21,244 bases of DNA. Source: Gemmatimonadaceae bacterium (GTDB taxonomy: Bacteria; Gemmatimonadota; Gemmatimonadetes; Gemmatimonadales; Gemmatimonadaceae). Below, one piece after another: positions 1 through 8,853 of the stretch. The notes under the pieces were generated by a model that saw only the letters and a list, made by a program, of their open reading frames with translations, was not told the DNA's origin and made no database searches. Every line of letters starts with the position of its first letter. The first letter of the stretch is position 1. Both the position numbers and the translations under genes were made by a program. The stretch covers positions 1-21,244 of the forward strand of contig JBGAJQ010000081.1 in assembly GCA_044224875.1 (NCBI GenBank), given 5' to 3'.

Positions 1-12
1 AGAACCTCCGAA

Positions 13-972
13 ATGGCCGAATTCAATCAGCGTCGCGTGCGCGCGGCGGTCATTCAGGCTGCGTCGATCCCCTTTGATAGCGCGGCGTGCGTCGAGAAGG
101 CCGTGCGCCTCGTGGCCGACGCAGCGTCGCAAGGGGCAAAGATCGTGGTGTTTCCAGAGGCCTACGTCGGCGGCTATCCGAAGGGCCTCTCGTTCGGCCT
201 TGTGGTGGGCGCCCGAGACCCTGCGGGGCGCGAGGAATTCCGCCTGTATCACGAGGCGGCGATCGATGTCCCCGGACCAGCGACGGCTCGTCTTGGCGAG
301 GCAGCGGCTTCCGCCAGCTGCTACGTGGTGATCGGGGTGATTGAGCGCGATGGAGGGACGAACTACTGCACCGTGCTGTTCTTTGGTCCCGACGGGGCAC
401 TGCTTGGAAAGCATCGGAAACTCATGCCAACCGCGATGGAGCGGATGATCTGGGGTTTCGGCGACGGGTCCACGCTCACCGCGATCGACACGCCGTATGG
501 ACGCCTTGGCGCGGCAATTTGCTGGGAGAACTACATGCCGATGCTGCGCATGGCCATGTATGGCAAGCAGGTGACGATCTACTGTGCTCCAACTGCCGAC
601 GACCGTGAAACGTGGTTGTCCACCATGCGACACATCGCGCTGGAGGGGCGATGCTTCGTGCTGTCGGCGTGCCAGTTCATCAGACGGGAGGCGTTCCCCG
701 CGACCGTGCGACAATCGCTGACGAACGACGTCCTCATGCGCGGCGGCAGTGTGATCGTGGGTCCGCTCGGTGAGGTGCTGGCTGGACCTCACTTCGAGGG
801 CGAGACGATACTCGCCACCGACCTCGACCTGGATGACATTGCGCGATCGCGGTTCGATTTCGACGTCACGGGACACTACGCGCGTCCCGACGTGTTTCAA
901 CTGACGGTGAACGAGGCCGCGACACCGCCGGTCGTGATTCGTTCGGCAGCTCCATCAGTCGGCAACGAGTGA
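13..972 (+). CDS. Nitrilase (carbon-nitrogen hydrolase superfamily), NIT4/beta-cyanoalanine nitrilase-like
   Basis: Glu-Lys-Cys triad motifs [13 protein letters not shown] and ICWENYMP; C-terminal [14 protein letters not shown]. Segments WGFGDGST and [12 protein letters not shown] match plant NIT4-type nitrilases as I recall them. Confidence 0.92.
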   Translation: MAEFNQRRVRAAVIQAASIPFDSAACVEKAVRLVADAASQGAKIVVFPEAYVGGYPKGLSFGLVVGARDPAGREEFRLYHEAAIDVPGPATARLGEAAASASCYVVIGVIERDGGTNYCTVLFFGPDGALLGKHRKLMPTAMERMIWGFGDGSTLTAIDTPYGRLGAAICWENYMPMLRMAMYGKQVTIYCAPTADDRETWLSTMRHIALEGRCFVLSACQFIRREAFPATVRQSLTNDVLMRGGSVIVGPLGEVLAGPHFEGETILATDLDLDDIARSRFDFDVTGHYARPDVFQLTVNEAATPPVVIRSAAPSVGNE

Positions 973-980
973 GGTCGTGC

Positions 981-1913
981 ATGCGTGTCGCTGTGTTTGG
1001 GAGCGGGGCCGTCGGCGGGTACTTTGGCGGGCGACTGGCGGAAGCCGGCGAGGACGTGACCTTTATTGCCCGCGGTGAGCACCTGCAGGCCATCCGGCGT
1101 GACGGGCTCCACGTGACAAGCATCGCCGGGGACTTTGTCGTGCTTCCGGCGCGAGCTACCGACGATCCGGCAACCATCGGGCCCGTCGATCTCGTGCTCG
1201 TCGGCGTAAAGGCGTGGCAGATTGGCGAGGTGGCGCGTGCCATGCACCCCTTGATTGGCCCCTCGACCCTGATCGTGCCGCTGGAGAACGGTGTGGAAGC
1301 GCCAGCCGAACTCGCTCAGGTGGTCGGTGCACAACATGTGTTAGGCGGCCTATGCCGCATACTGGCCTACGTGACGGCTCCCGGGAGAATCCACCACGCC
1401 GGCATTGAGCCGTACTTCGCCTTTGGTGAACTGGACGGCACGCAGTCCAACCGCGTCGAGCAGCTACGACGCGCATTCTCCAGTGTGCGAGGGGCACGTA
1501 TCGAGGTACCTGACGACATTCGATTGGCGATGTGGACCAAGTTCCTCCTCATTGCCTCATGGAGCGCGTTGGGTGCGCTCACTCGTGCGCCTATTGGCGA
1601 GTTGCGCGCCATCCCGGAGACGCGCGAGCTGATGCTCCAGGCGTTGCGAGAGATCTGTGCGGTGGCCGCCGGACAAGGCGTGGCGCTCCCCGCCGACAGT
1701 GCGGCGCGAGCCCTCGCCTTCGCTGACACACTTCCACGTGACGGCACGACCTCGTTGCAGCGTGATGTGATGGCCGGGCGTCCATCCGAACTCGAGGCGC
1801 AAGTCGGCGCCGTGGTCCGACTCGGCGACGCCGCGCAGGTCGACGTTCCGCTCCATCGCACGATCTACGCCGCGTTGCTGCCCCAGGAGCGACGAGCGCG
1901 CGGCCAAACGTAG
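981..1913 (+). CDS. panE: 2-dehydropantoate 2-reductase (ketopantoate reductase, ApbA/PanE family)
   Basis: N-terminal Rossmann motif MRVAVFGSGAVGGYFG, plus VKAWQ, LENGVE, MWTKF, TSLQRD and ELE motifs. Start placed at ATG 981 with GAGG at 971-974; the ORF track's GTG at 969 is in frame. Confidence 0.88.
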   Translation: MRVAVFGSGAVGGYFGGRLAEAGEDVTFIARGEHLQAIRRDGLHVTSIAGDFVVLPARATDDPATIGPVDLVLVGVKAWQIGEVARAMHPLIGPSTLIVPLENGVEAPAELAQVVGAQHVLGGLCRILAYVTAPGRIHHAGIEPYFAFGELDGTQSNRVEQLRRAFSSVRGARIEVPDDIRLAMWTKFLLIASWSALGALTRAPIGELRAIPETRELMLQALREICAVAAGQGVALPADSAARALAFADTLPRDGTTSLQRDVMAGRPSELEAQVGAVVRLGDAAQVDVPLHRTIYAALLPQERRARGQT

Positions 1914-1947
1914 GTGCTGGACGCGAAGGGGCGGACGCGACCCGCTG

Positions 1948-2832
1948 TTACACGAGGCGCTTTTCGAACCAGTGATTCGCGTACGGATCGTCGTTGAACG
2001 CTGCCACCTCAACGTAGCCGTTGTTCCGGTACATCTGAATGGCTTCGGTCAGCGAGCGATTGGTCTCCAGCCGCAAGGTGGTCAAGCCGAAACCTCGTGC
2101 CTCGGACTCGAGGGCATGGAGCATCCGGCGGCCAAACCCAGCGCCGCGTACATCCTCAGATACCCACATCCGCTTCAGGGAGCCGAGGCCAGACCCGAGG
2201 ATCTTGAGCGCGCCGCAAGCCACGGCCTCGCCATCGGCGATCGCCAGCAGCAACACTCCCGCCGGCGGCCGCAGATCCGTGTCGTCAGCTGCAATACTCT
2301 TGCCAGGATCGAACCCTTCAGCAAACCGTTGGTCGAGCTCGGCGAAGTACTGTGCCATGCACCACCGGGCCGGTCCACTGGCGGGGTCCGCGCGCTCGAT
2401 GCGCGCACCCGATGCCCGGAGCAACCGGTGAACCTCGGCCATGGCCGACACCAGGCGGTCGCGTTGTGAGTCCGGCAGCGGTTCCAGGATCCCTTCAGCC
2501 ACCGAATCTGAACGACGATCCATTTCCTCATACTCCGCGACTCCCGCCGGGGTGAGCGTCGCCCGCCGCACCCGCTCATCGCCAGGTTCAACCGTGAGAC
2601 GGATGAGCCCCGCTGAGTCGAGCGACTGGACGATGCGGCTCAGGTACCCTGAATCGAGCCCAAGGCGAGCGCGAAGGTCTCGCAGGTTCGTGCCTTCCTT
2701 GCCGATCTCGAATAGCACCCGCGACTCGCCAAGAGGCCTGTCTCGACCAAGGAAATGATCTTCTAGCGCCCCCGCGCGTTGCGTCACGAGTCGGTGGAAG
2801 CGACGAACATGGCCTACGTGGTCGTTTCTCAT
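1948..2832 (-). CDS. Bifunctional MarR-family HTH regulator / GNAT acetyltransferase
   Basis: N-terminal winged HTH (ESRVLFEI...LRARLGLDSGYLSRIVQSL...DERVRRATLT) and C-terminal GNAT (LKRMWVSEDVRGAGFGRRML, LETNRSLTEAIQMYRNNGY). Confidence 0.9.
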   Translation of the reverse strand: MRNDHVGHVRRFHRLVTQRAGALEDHFLGRDRPLGESRVLFEIGKEGTNLRDLRARLGLDSGYLSRIVQSLDSAGLIRLTVEPGDERVRRATLTPAGVAEYEEMDRRSDSVAEGILEPLPDSQRDRLVSAMAEVHRLLRASGARIERADPASGPARWCMAQYFAELDQRFAEGFDPGKSIAADDTDLRPPAGVLLLAIADGEAVACGALKILGSGLGSLKRMWVSEDVRGAGFGRRMLHALESEARGFGLTTLRLETNRSLTEAIQMYRNNGYVEVAAFNDDPYANHWFEKRLV

Positions 2833-2867
2833 TCTCTGACTATCGTCAGAGAACGGCCTATCGTCAA
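2832..2867 (-). promoter_or_regulatory. Putative sigma70 promoter (leaderless) with overlapping inverted-repeat operator
   Basis: Minus strand reads TTGACG (2867-2862), 17 bp, GATAGT (2844-2839), 6 bp, ATG (2832). A perfect inverted repeat TTCTCTGAC-tatc-GTCAGAGAA spans 2832-2853. No Shine-Dalgarno is evident. Confidence 0.65.
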
Positions 2868-2880
2868 TATCGGTGGGGCA

Positions 2881-3363
2881 TTAGCTCGACGCGGCCAGTC
2901 GTCTCTCGTACCGCCAGACCTCCACCGGGAAGGGACCTTCCTCGGTTTCGGCCTCGTTGATCATGGTTCCCACGCGCTCCCAACCGGACTTCTCGTAGAA
3001 TCTGGCGGCGCGATCGTTACCGATGGCACAGGCCAACCAGGCCACGCGGATGCCCAGCGCCGCCATGTGAGTCTCGGCGTCCCGAATGAGTGCGGCGGCG
3101 GCTCCGGTGCCCCTCCCCTCCGGCGACACGTAGAGCTGGTAGAGCTCGTCGCCCTTGATCATGCAAAAGCCGACCGGGTGGCCGACAGGGCCAACGACGC
3201 GAGTAGAGGCGAGCCCGTACTCCAGTCGATGACACAGGCTTTCCAGCGTGCGCAAACGCGCCAACGCTTCTGGCAAGATGTGAGCGTGGGCGTCGCGCCA
3301 CCCGCTGTACCAGATCTGTGCGAGCTTGTCGAGATCGTCATGCGTCGCGGCTCGGACCATCAC
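2881..3363 (-). CDS. GNAT family N-acetyltransferase
   Basis: ELYQLYVSPEGRGTGAAAALI (motif A) and GNDRAARFYEKSGW (motif B); GAGG 7 nt upstream of the GTG start. Confidence 0.9.
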   Translation of the reverse strand: MMVRAATHDDLDKLAQIWYSGWRDAHAHILPEALARLRTLESLCHRLEYGLASTRVVGPVGHPVGFCMIKGDELYQLYVSPEGRGTGAAAALIRDAETHMAALGIRVAWLACAIGNDRAARFYEKSGWERVGTMINEAETEEGPFPVEVWRYERRLAASS

Positions 3364-3712
3364 GGTGAAACCTCGCGGAAATGAGTGTTGCCCGTGTCCG
3401 ATGCTCCGCCGTCCGCCAAACGGAAATTTCCTCCCGTCATCCGGATGTCGTATCGGGTTACGAGCCTAAGTAAGCCCCAGGCAGCGTACGACGGTAGCAG
3501 AGCGACTCCTGCGCGCAGAAACATCCCGCGGGCGCGCCCAAACGGCTCGTACTTGACCCAACAACGTCGTGCGATACGCCCACTCGAGTCGCACTTCGCG
3601 CCAAATGTGACGGTTCACTACGCCAACTTGCCTCCCAGCTGTATTGCGACCGTCGGCGAAGTCCGTGTGAGTTTGCAGTTTGCATCTCGGCTTGTCACGC
3701 GGGTGGTGCCAG

Positions 3713-3726
3713 CGCAATCGATTGCG
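3713..3726. promoter_or_regulatory. Candidate LacI-family operator
   Basis: Perfect 14 bp palindrome CGCAATCGATTGCG with central CG, in the intergenic region upstream of a sugar utilization operon. Confidence 0.5.
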
Positions 3727-3814
3727 GTTAGGCACCATGAAGTGGGATCGGGCCGTGCATTGTCCGACCGCTTGTCAGGGACGCCCCGACCCATAATTTG
3801 GAGCGGCTTTTACT

Positions 3815-3826
3815 GTATCCGGATAC
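3815..3826. promoter_or_regulatory. Second candidate operator
   Basis: Perfect 12 bp palindrome GTATCCGGATAC with central CG. A related site CATCCGGATG lies at 3438-3447. Confidence 0.4.
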
Positions 3827-4167
3827 TGCTGGGTTGGTCTGAATTGGAGATCTACCCCCCTCCGAGAGCCCCCCGGTTTTTCTCGCTTCGGGAGCGGTGA
3901 AACGTAAATCACGCGTCCGTTGCGACATGGTCCGATGTATTTGTTTCAGGTCCAACGATTTGAACCGGTGATGTTGTCGCGGTTTGACGAGGTCTCGTTA
4001 GGTACGCTCCCGGAGGTTGGCCGCGTGCATGCGGCCATCCGGCGTGCGTGCACGCCGCACACACAACGGGTTCCCTCACCACGAATGGTTCACGCCCGCT
4101 GATCGATCGCGGCGCGCCACGCGTGGTGCCGGAGCATAGCCACTCACCCTGAGGAGACAGACGCGAT

Positions 4168-7164
4168 ATGAGACTCCCTCGTTTCATGACCGGAGCGCTG
4201 CTTGGTGTCGTTGCAGCAGCAACGGCCGCCGCGCAGGGAACGGGTACCATCCGTGGTAAGGTGATCGCTGAAGGCACGGCACAGCCGTTGTTTGGCGTGA
4301 CCGTTTCATTCGGCGGCCGCGGCACACAGACGAAAGAAGATGGCACCTACCGATTGACGGGGTTACCGGCCAGCACGGATTCCGTGCGCTTCCACCTGAT
4401 CGGTTATGCGCCGAGCGCGCGGTCGGTGACGATCGCCGCGGGGCAGACGGTCACGCTGGACCTGACGATGAGCGCCCAAGCAGTGAACCTGGCGGCCGTG
4501 GTCGTCACTGGATACGGTGAGCAGCGCGCCGGGAACATCACGGGCGCGGTGTCGCAGGTTTCCACCGCCGGCTTCAACACTGGACGGATCATCTCCACGG
4601 AACAGTTGATCCAGACGAAAGTTGCCGGCGTGCAAGTGGTCGACAACAATGAGCCGGGCGGAGGCCTGTCGATCCGCATCCGCGGCGCCACCTCCATCAA
4701 TGCAAGCTCGGATCCGCTCTTTGTCATCGACGGCGTACCGATCGGCGGGGGCGCTGGCGCTGGCCTTTCCGCCGGCCGCAACCCGCTGAACTTCCTGAAT
4801 CCGGATGACATCGAGAGCGTGACGGTGTTGCGCGATGCATCGGCCGCCGCCATCTACGGCGCGAACGCGGCGAACGGCGTCGTGCTCATCCAGACGAAGT
4901 CGGGCCGCGGCAAGCCGCAGGTCGAGTATACCGGCAGCCTGTCCTCATCCTCGGTCACGCGCCTGCCGAGCATGTTGAACGCCACCCAATTCCGGGCGGC
5001 TGTTACCCAGTACGCACCGCAGAATGTCGGACAGTTGGGATCAGCGACCACGAACTGGTTCGACGAGGTGGACCGCACCGCGATCGGCCAGGACCACAAC
5101 GCGAGTGTCTCGGGATCGGGCGAGAACCTGAACTGGCGCCTGTCGGGCGGGTTCTTGAACCAGGACGGCATCATCCGCGGCACCACCACGCAGCGCGTCT
5201 CGCTCGGGTTGAACCTGGAGAACCGCCTGTTCGACGACCAGTTAATCGTGCGACTGTCGCAACGCGGATCGCGTGCCTCCGACAAGTTCACGCCGGGTGG
5301 TGTGCTTTCCAACGCGGCACAGATGGGGCCCACGCAGCCGGTCACCAGCACGACGGCGTCCACGGGATACTACGACTGGCCGGGGAACAACCTGCAATCG
5401 GCGGACAATCCGGTGGCGATCCTCAACCTCGCCAAAGACAAAGGCGTAACGTACCGCAGCATCGGCAGTGTCGGAGCGGAATACAAGGTGCCCTTCGTCG
5501 ATGGATTGAAGGCCAACCTCAACCTGAACTACGACCTGACGCGAGCTGATCGCTTGACGTTTACGCCCAGCGTGCTGCACAGCCAGACGAAGTCTGGACA
5601 GAACGGGTCGGACTACCGCGCGAACCAGAGCCAGACGAACCTCGGGCTGGAGACCTACCTGAACTACACCGCGCCGATCCGCGTGCTGCCAGGCGAGATT
5701 GACCTGACGGGCGGTTATTCGTACGGCGACTCGCACGCAGAGTATCCGTACTACCTGGCCACGGGATTGAGCACGAATCTGCTGGAAGGCAATGGCGTGG
5801 CGGCGGCCCGGACCGTACAGAACGTGCAGGACATTCAGGAGAGCCGGCTGATCTCGTTCTTTGGCCGTGCGAACTACAACTATCAGGATCGTTACCTGCT
5901 TGGCGGCAGCGTCCGGCGGGACGGCTCGTCACGATTCGGTCCGGACAACCAGTGGGGCTTATTCCCCGCAGTGTCCGCCGGATGGCGCATCTCGCAGGAG
6001 CCGTTCATGAAGGGCATCAAGGGCCTGTCGGACCTCAAGCTCCGCGCCTCGTGGGCCAAGACGGGGAACCAGGCCTTCGCGAACTACCAGCAGTACGCGA
6101 CGTACGTGTTAGGCGATGCGCAGACACAGGTCCCGTTTGGCACCGGATATGTGTCGACGATCCGTCCCGGTGCGTACGACCCGAACATCAAGTGGGAAAG
6201 CACCAAGTCGACGGACTTCGGTCTCGACTACGCCCTGTGGGGCTCGCGCGTGTCCGGCAGCTTCGACTGGTATCGCAAGAGCACGGATGACCTGATCTTC
6301 ACGGTTCCCGTTGCCGCCGGCACCAACCTGTCGAACTTCGTGACCACGAACATCGGCAGCATGAAGAACCAGGGAGTGGAGTTCAGCGTGAGCGCCGGTC
6401 TCCTACGTGGCGGCGGCTCGTCGTTGAGTTGGACGGCTGATTTCACGGCCAGCCACAACACCAACGAGCTCGTCAGCATCAACCCGGTCTTCGGTGCGAA
6501 CGCCAAGCTCCAGCAAATCCTCACCGGCTTGGTTTCCGGGGGCGTCGGCACCTTCATTCAGGTGCTGCAGCCCGGCCGTCCGATCAACTCCTTCTACGTC
6601 TACCAGCACCGGACCGGTGCCAACGGCAAGCCGGTCTACGCCGAGGGCACGGGTGCCGACACGGCCATGTACGTGGACCAGAACAACGACCACGTCATCA
6701 ACCAGGACGACCGTGTGGCATTCAAGGATCCGTCGCCCAGCTGGATCTTCGGGCATTCGTCCTACCTGTCCTACCGGAACCTTGGCTTGAACGTCACGTT
6801 GCGCGCCTACCGCGGGAACTACGTCTACAACAACGTCGCGTCCAACCTCGGCACGTATGCGGAAGTGACGCGTGCCTCACCGTACAACCTGCACTCGTCC
6901 GTGTTAGCGACCGGGTTCAAGACGCCGCAGTATCTCTCGGACTACTACGTCGAGGACGCATCGTTCATCCGGATGGACAACATCACGCTGAGCTACCTGG
7001 TCACGTATCGCGGCCAGCCGCTTCGCTTGTTCACGACCCTCCAGAACGCCTTCACGATCACGGACTACAGTGGCGTCGATCCAACGGCGGGCCTGAACGG
7101 TCTCGATAACAACGTCTATCCCCGCTCGCGCACGTTCAGCACGGGGCTGAGCGTCCGCTTCTAA
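4168..7164 (+). CDS. susC: SusC/RagA-family TonB-dependent outer membrane transporter
   Basis: Signal peptide, carboxypeptidase-regulatory-like N-domain, VVVTGYG, plug motifs IRIRGATS, PLFVIDGVP and LNPDDIESVTVLRDASAAAIYGANAANGVVLI, barrel motifs RRDGSSRFG and KWEST, terminal Phe; GAGGAG at 4151-4156. Confidence 0.96.
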   Translation: MRLPRFMTGALLGVVAAATAAAQGTGTIRGKVIAEGTAQPLFGVTVSFGGRGTQTKEDGTYRLTGLPASTDSVRFHLIGYAPSARSVTIAAGQTVTLDLTMSAQAVNLAAVVVTGYGEQRAGNITGAVSQVSTAGFNTGRIISTEQLIQTKVAGVQVVDNNEPGGGLSIRIRGATSINASSDPLFVIDGVPIGGGAGAGLSAGRNPLNFLNPDDIESVTVLRDASAAAIYGANAANGVVLIQTKSGRGKPQVEYTGSLSSSSVTRLPSMLNATQFRAAVTQYAPQNVGQLGSATTNWFDEVDRTAIGQDHNASVSGSGENLNWRLSGGFLNQDGIIRGTTTQRVSLGLNLENRLFDDQLIVRLSQRGSRASDKFTPGGVLSNAAQMGPTQPVTSTTASTGYYDWPGNNLQSADNPVAILNLAKDKGVTYRSIGSVGAEYKVPFVDGLKANLNLNYDLTRADRLTFTPSVLHSQTKSGQNGSDYRANQSQTNLGLETYLNYTAPIRVLPGEIDLTGGYSYGDSHAEYPYYLATGLSTNLLEGNGVAAARTVQNVQDIQESRLISFFGRANYNYQDRYLLGGSVRRDGSSRFGPDNQWGLFPAVSAGWRISQEPFMKGIKGLSDLKLRASWAKTGNQAFANYQQYATYVLGDAQTQVPFGTGYVSTIRPGAYDPNIKWESTKSTDFGLDYALWGSRVSGSFDWYRKSTDDLIFTVPVAAGTNLSNFVTTNIGSMKNQGVEFSVSAGLLRGGGSSLSWTADFTASHNTNELVSINPVFGANAKLQQILTGLVSGGVGTFIQVLQPGRPINSFYVYQHRTGANGKPVYAEGTGADTAMYVDQNNDHVINQDDRVAFKDPSPSWIFGHSSYLSYRNLGLNVTLRAYRGNYVYNNVASNLGTYAEVTRASPYNLHSSVLATGFKTPQYLSDYYVEDASFIRMDNITLSYLVTYRGQPLRLFTTLQNAFTITDYSGVDPTAGLNGLDNNVYPRSRTFSTGLSVRF

Positions 7165-7190
7165 CTCACGACCCACACGAGGACCAACAC

Positions 7191-8768
7191 ATGCGAACGA
7201 GAATTTCGAGAGTGCTGGCCGTGGCGACGGCCGTGATGTCGACGGCGCTCGCCGGCTGCACGGACCTGACGGTGGCCCCCAAGAGCACTGTCACCGATGC
7301 CAACGTGTTCAGCGATCCGGGATCGTATCAGTCGTTCATCGCTAGGGTGTACTCCGGACTCGCGGTGAGCGGGCAACAGGGCCCCGCCGGACGCCCCGAC
7401 ATTCAGGGGATCGACGAGGGCTTCTCGCAGTACCTGCGTCTGTATTGGGAAGCCGAAGAACTTCCAACCGATGAAGCGGTCATCGGCTGGGGAGACGTCG
7501 GACTTCCCGAAATGAACACGCAGACGTGGGCGGTGACCAACAGCTTCGTCGTGGCGATGTACTATCGGGTGTTCTTCCAAGTGGGTATGGCGAACGAGTT
7601 CCTGCGCCAGACCACGGACGCGAAGCTGGCCGGCCGCGGCCAGACCAGCACGACGTTGCTGGCGCAGGTCAAACAGTATCGTGCCGAAGCTCGGTTCCTT
7701 CGTGCATTGAGCTATTGGCATGGCATTGACCTGTTCGGGAACATTCCGCTGGTCAAGGAGACCGATGAGCTGGGATCCACGCCGCCGAAGCAGGCCACGC
7801 GACAGGAGATCTACAACTTCATCGTGAGCGAACTGCAGGCGATTCAAGCCGACCTGCCGACCCCGGGCGCCAATGCGTACGGGCGGGCGACGAACCTGGC
7901 GGCGCAAATGCTGCTGGCGAAGCTGTACCTGAACGCGGCCGTCTACACGGGGACCGCGAACTACTCCGGTGTCCTGACGGCGCTGGCGCCCGTGCTGGGT
8001 GGACCATACACGCTGGACGCCAACTGGAGGCGGATGTTCCAGGCTGACAACAACGCTTCGCCTGAGATTATCTATGCCATTCCCCAGGACGGATTGAAGA
8101 CTGAAACGTGGGGTGGCATGACATTCGTCGTGCACGCGTCGTGCGGCGGGAGCATGGATGCCTCAGCGTACGGCATCGACGGCTGCTGGTGGGGGCTCCG
8201 CCTCAAGCAGCAGTCGTACAACCTCTTCGGCCAGGGCGACAAGCGCGGAAACGTCTTCTATTCCAACGGACAGGCCGTGAATGTGGCCAGCATCGGGAAC
8301 TTCAACGATGGCATCGCCGCGCCCAAGTTCTCCAATCGTACGTCGACCGGTGCCGCCGGCTCGCACCCGACGCACGTAGACACGGACTTCCCGGTGTTCC
8401 GTCTATCGGATGCCTACCTGATGTACGCGGAAGCCGTGTTGCGGGGCGGTGGTGGAAGCCGCGCACAGGCACTGACCTATGTGAATGCCCTTCGCACCCG
8501 CGCGTATGGCGATGCGAGTGGCAATATCACGGACACGCAACTCACGCTCGACTTCATTCTCGACGAGCGTGGTCGCGAACTCCTTTGGGAAGGCCATCGC
8601 CGGACGGACCTTGTCCGCTACGGCAAGTTCACCGGTGGCAGCTACATCTGGGCCTGGAAAGGCGGCGTTGCAGCTGGCAAGAGCACGGACGCCTATCTGA
8701 ACCTCTATCCAATTCCCGCCAACGAGCTGGTGGCCAATCCGAACCTCAAGCAGAACACGGGCTACTAG
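7191..8768 (+). CDS. susD: SusD/RagB-family glycan-binding lipoprotein (starch-SusD-like)
   Basis: Lipobox LAGC; SusD motifs EARFLRALSYW, DLFGNIP, FRLSDAYLMYAEA, ILDERGRELLWEGHRRTDLVRYG, YPIP and NPNLKQNTGY; directly follows susC; GAGGA at 7180-7184. Confidence 0.95.
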   Translation: MRTRISRVLAVATAVMSTALAGCTDLTVAPKSTVTDANVFSDPGSYQSFIARVYSGLAVSGQQGPAGRPDIQGIDEGFSQYLRLYWEAEELPTDEAVIGWGDVGLPEMNTQTWAVTNSFVVAMYYRVFFQVGMANEFLRQTTDAKLAGRGQTSTTLLAQVKQYRAEARFLRALSYWHGIDLFGNIPLVKETDELGSTPPKQATRQEIYNFIVSELQAIQADLPTPGANAYGRATNLAAQMLLAKLYLNAAVYTGTANYSGVLTALAPVLGGPYTLDANWRRMFQADNNASPEIIYAIPQDGLKTETWGGMTFVVHASCGGSMDASAYGIDGCWWGLRLKQQSYNLFGQGDKRGNVFYSNGQAVNVASIGNFNDGIAAPKFSNRTSTGAAGSHPTHVDTDFPVFRLSDAYLMYAEAVLRGGGGSRAQALTYVNALRTRAYGDASGNITDTQLTLDFILDERGRELLWEGHRRTDLVRYGKFTGGSYIWAWKGGVAAGKSTDAYLNLYPIPANELVANPNLKQNTGY

Positions 8769-8853
8769 GCCCGCACGTGTCGTGACACCCTCTTCCTCCG
8801 AGCGTCGCCCGTCCGGGTGGCGCTCGGAGTGGCTCGTCCGATGTATACGCCGG

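Noticed and set aside
3704..3737. Integron attC site (GTTAGGC core at 3727-3733 within an inverted repeat)
   Set aside because: No matching RYYYAAC inverse core at a plausible distance, no cassette array and no integrase.
3385..3900. 171 aa ORF in the intergenic region
   Set aside because: No recognisable motif, no clear RBS, atypical codon usage, and it overlaps probable regulatory palindromes.
3772..4008. Sigma70 promoters for susC (TTGTCA...CATAAT at 3772-3797; TTGACG...TACGCT at 3984-4008)
   Set aside because: Spacers of 14 and 13 bp are too short, so the PUL promoter could not be located.
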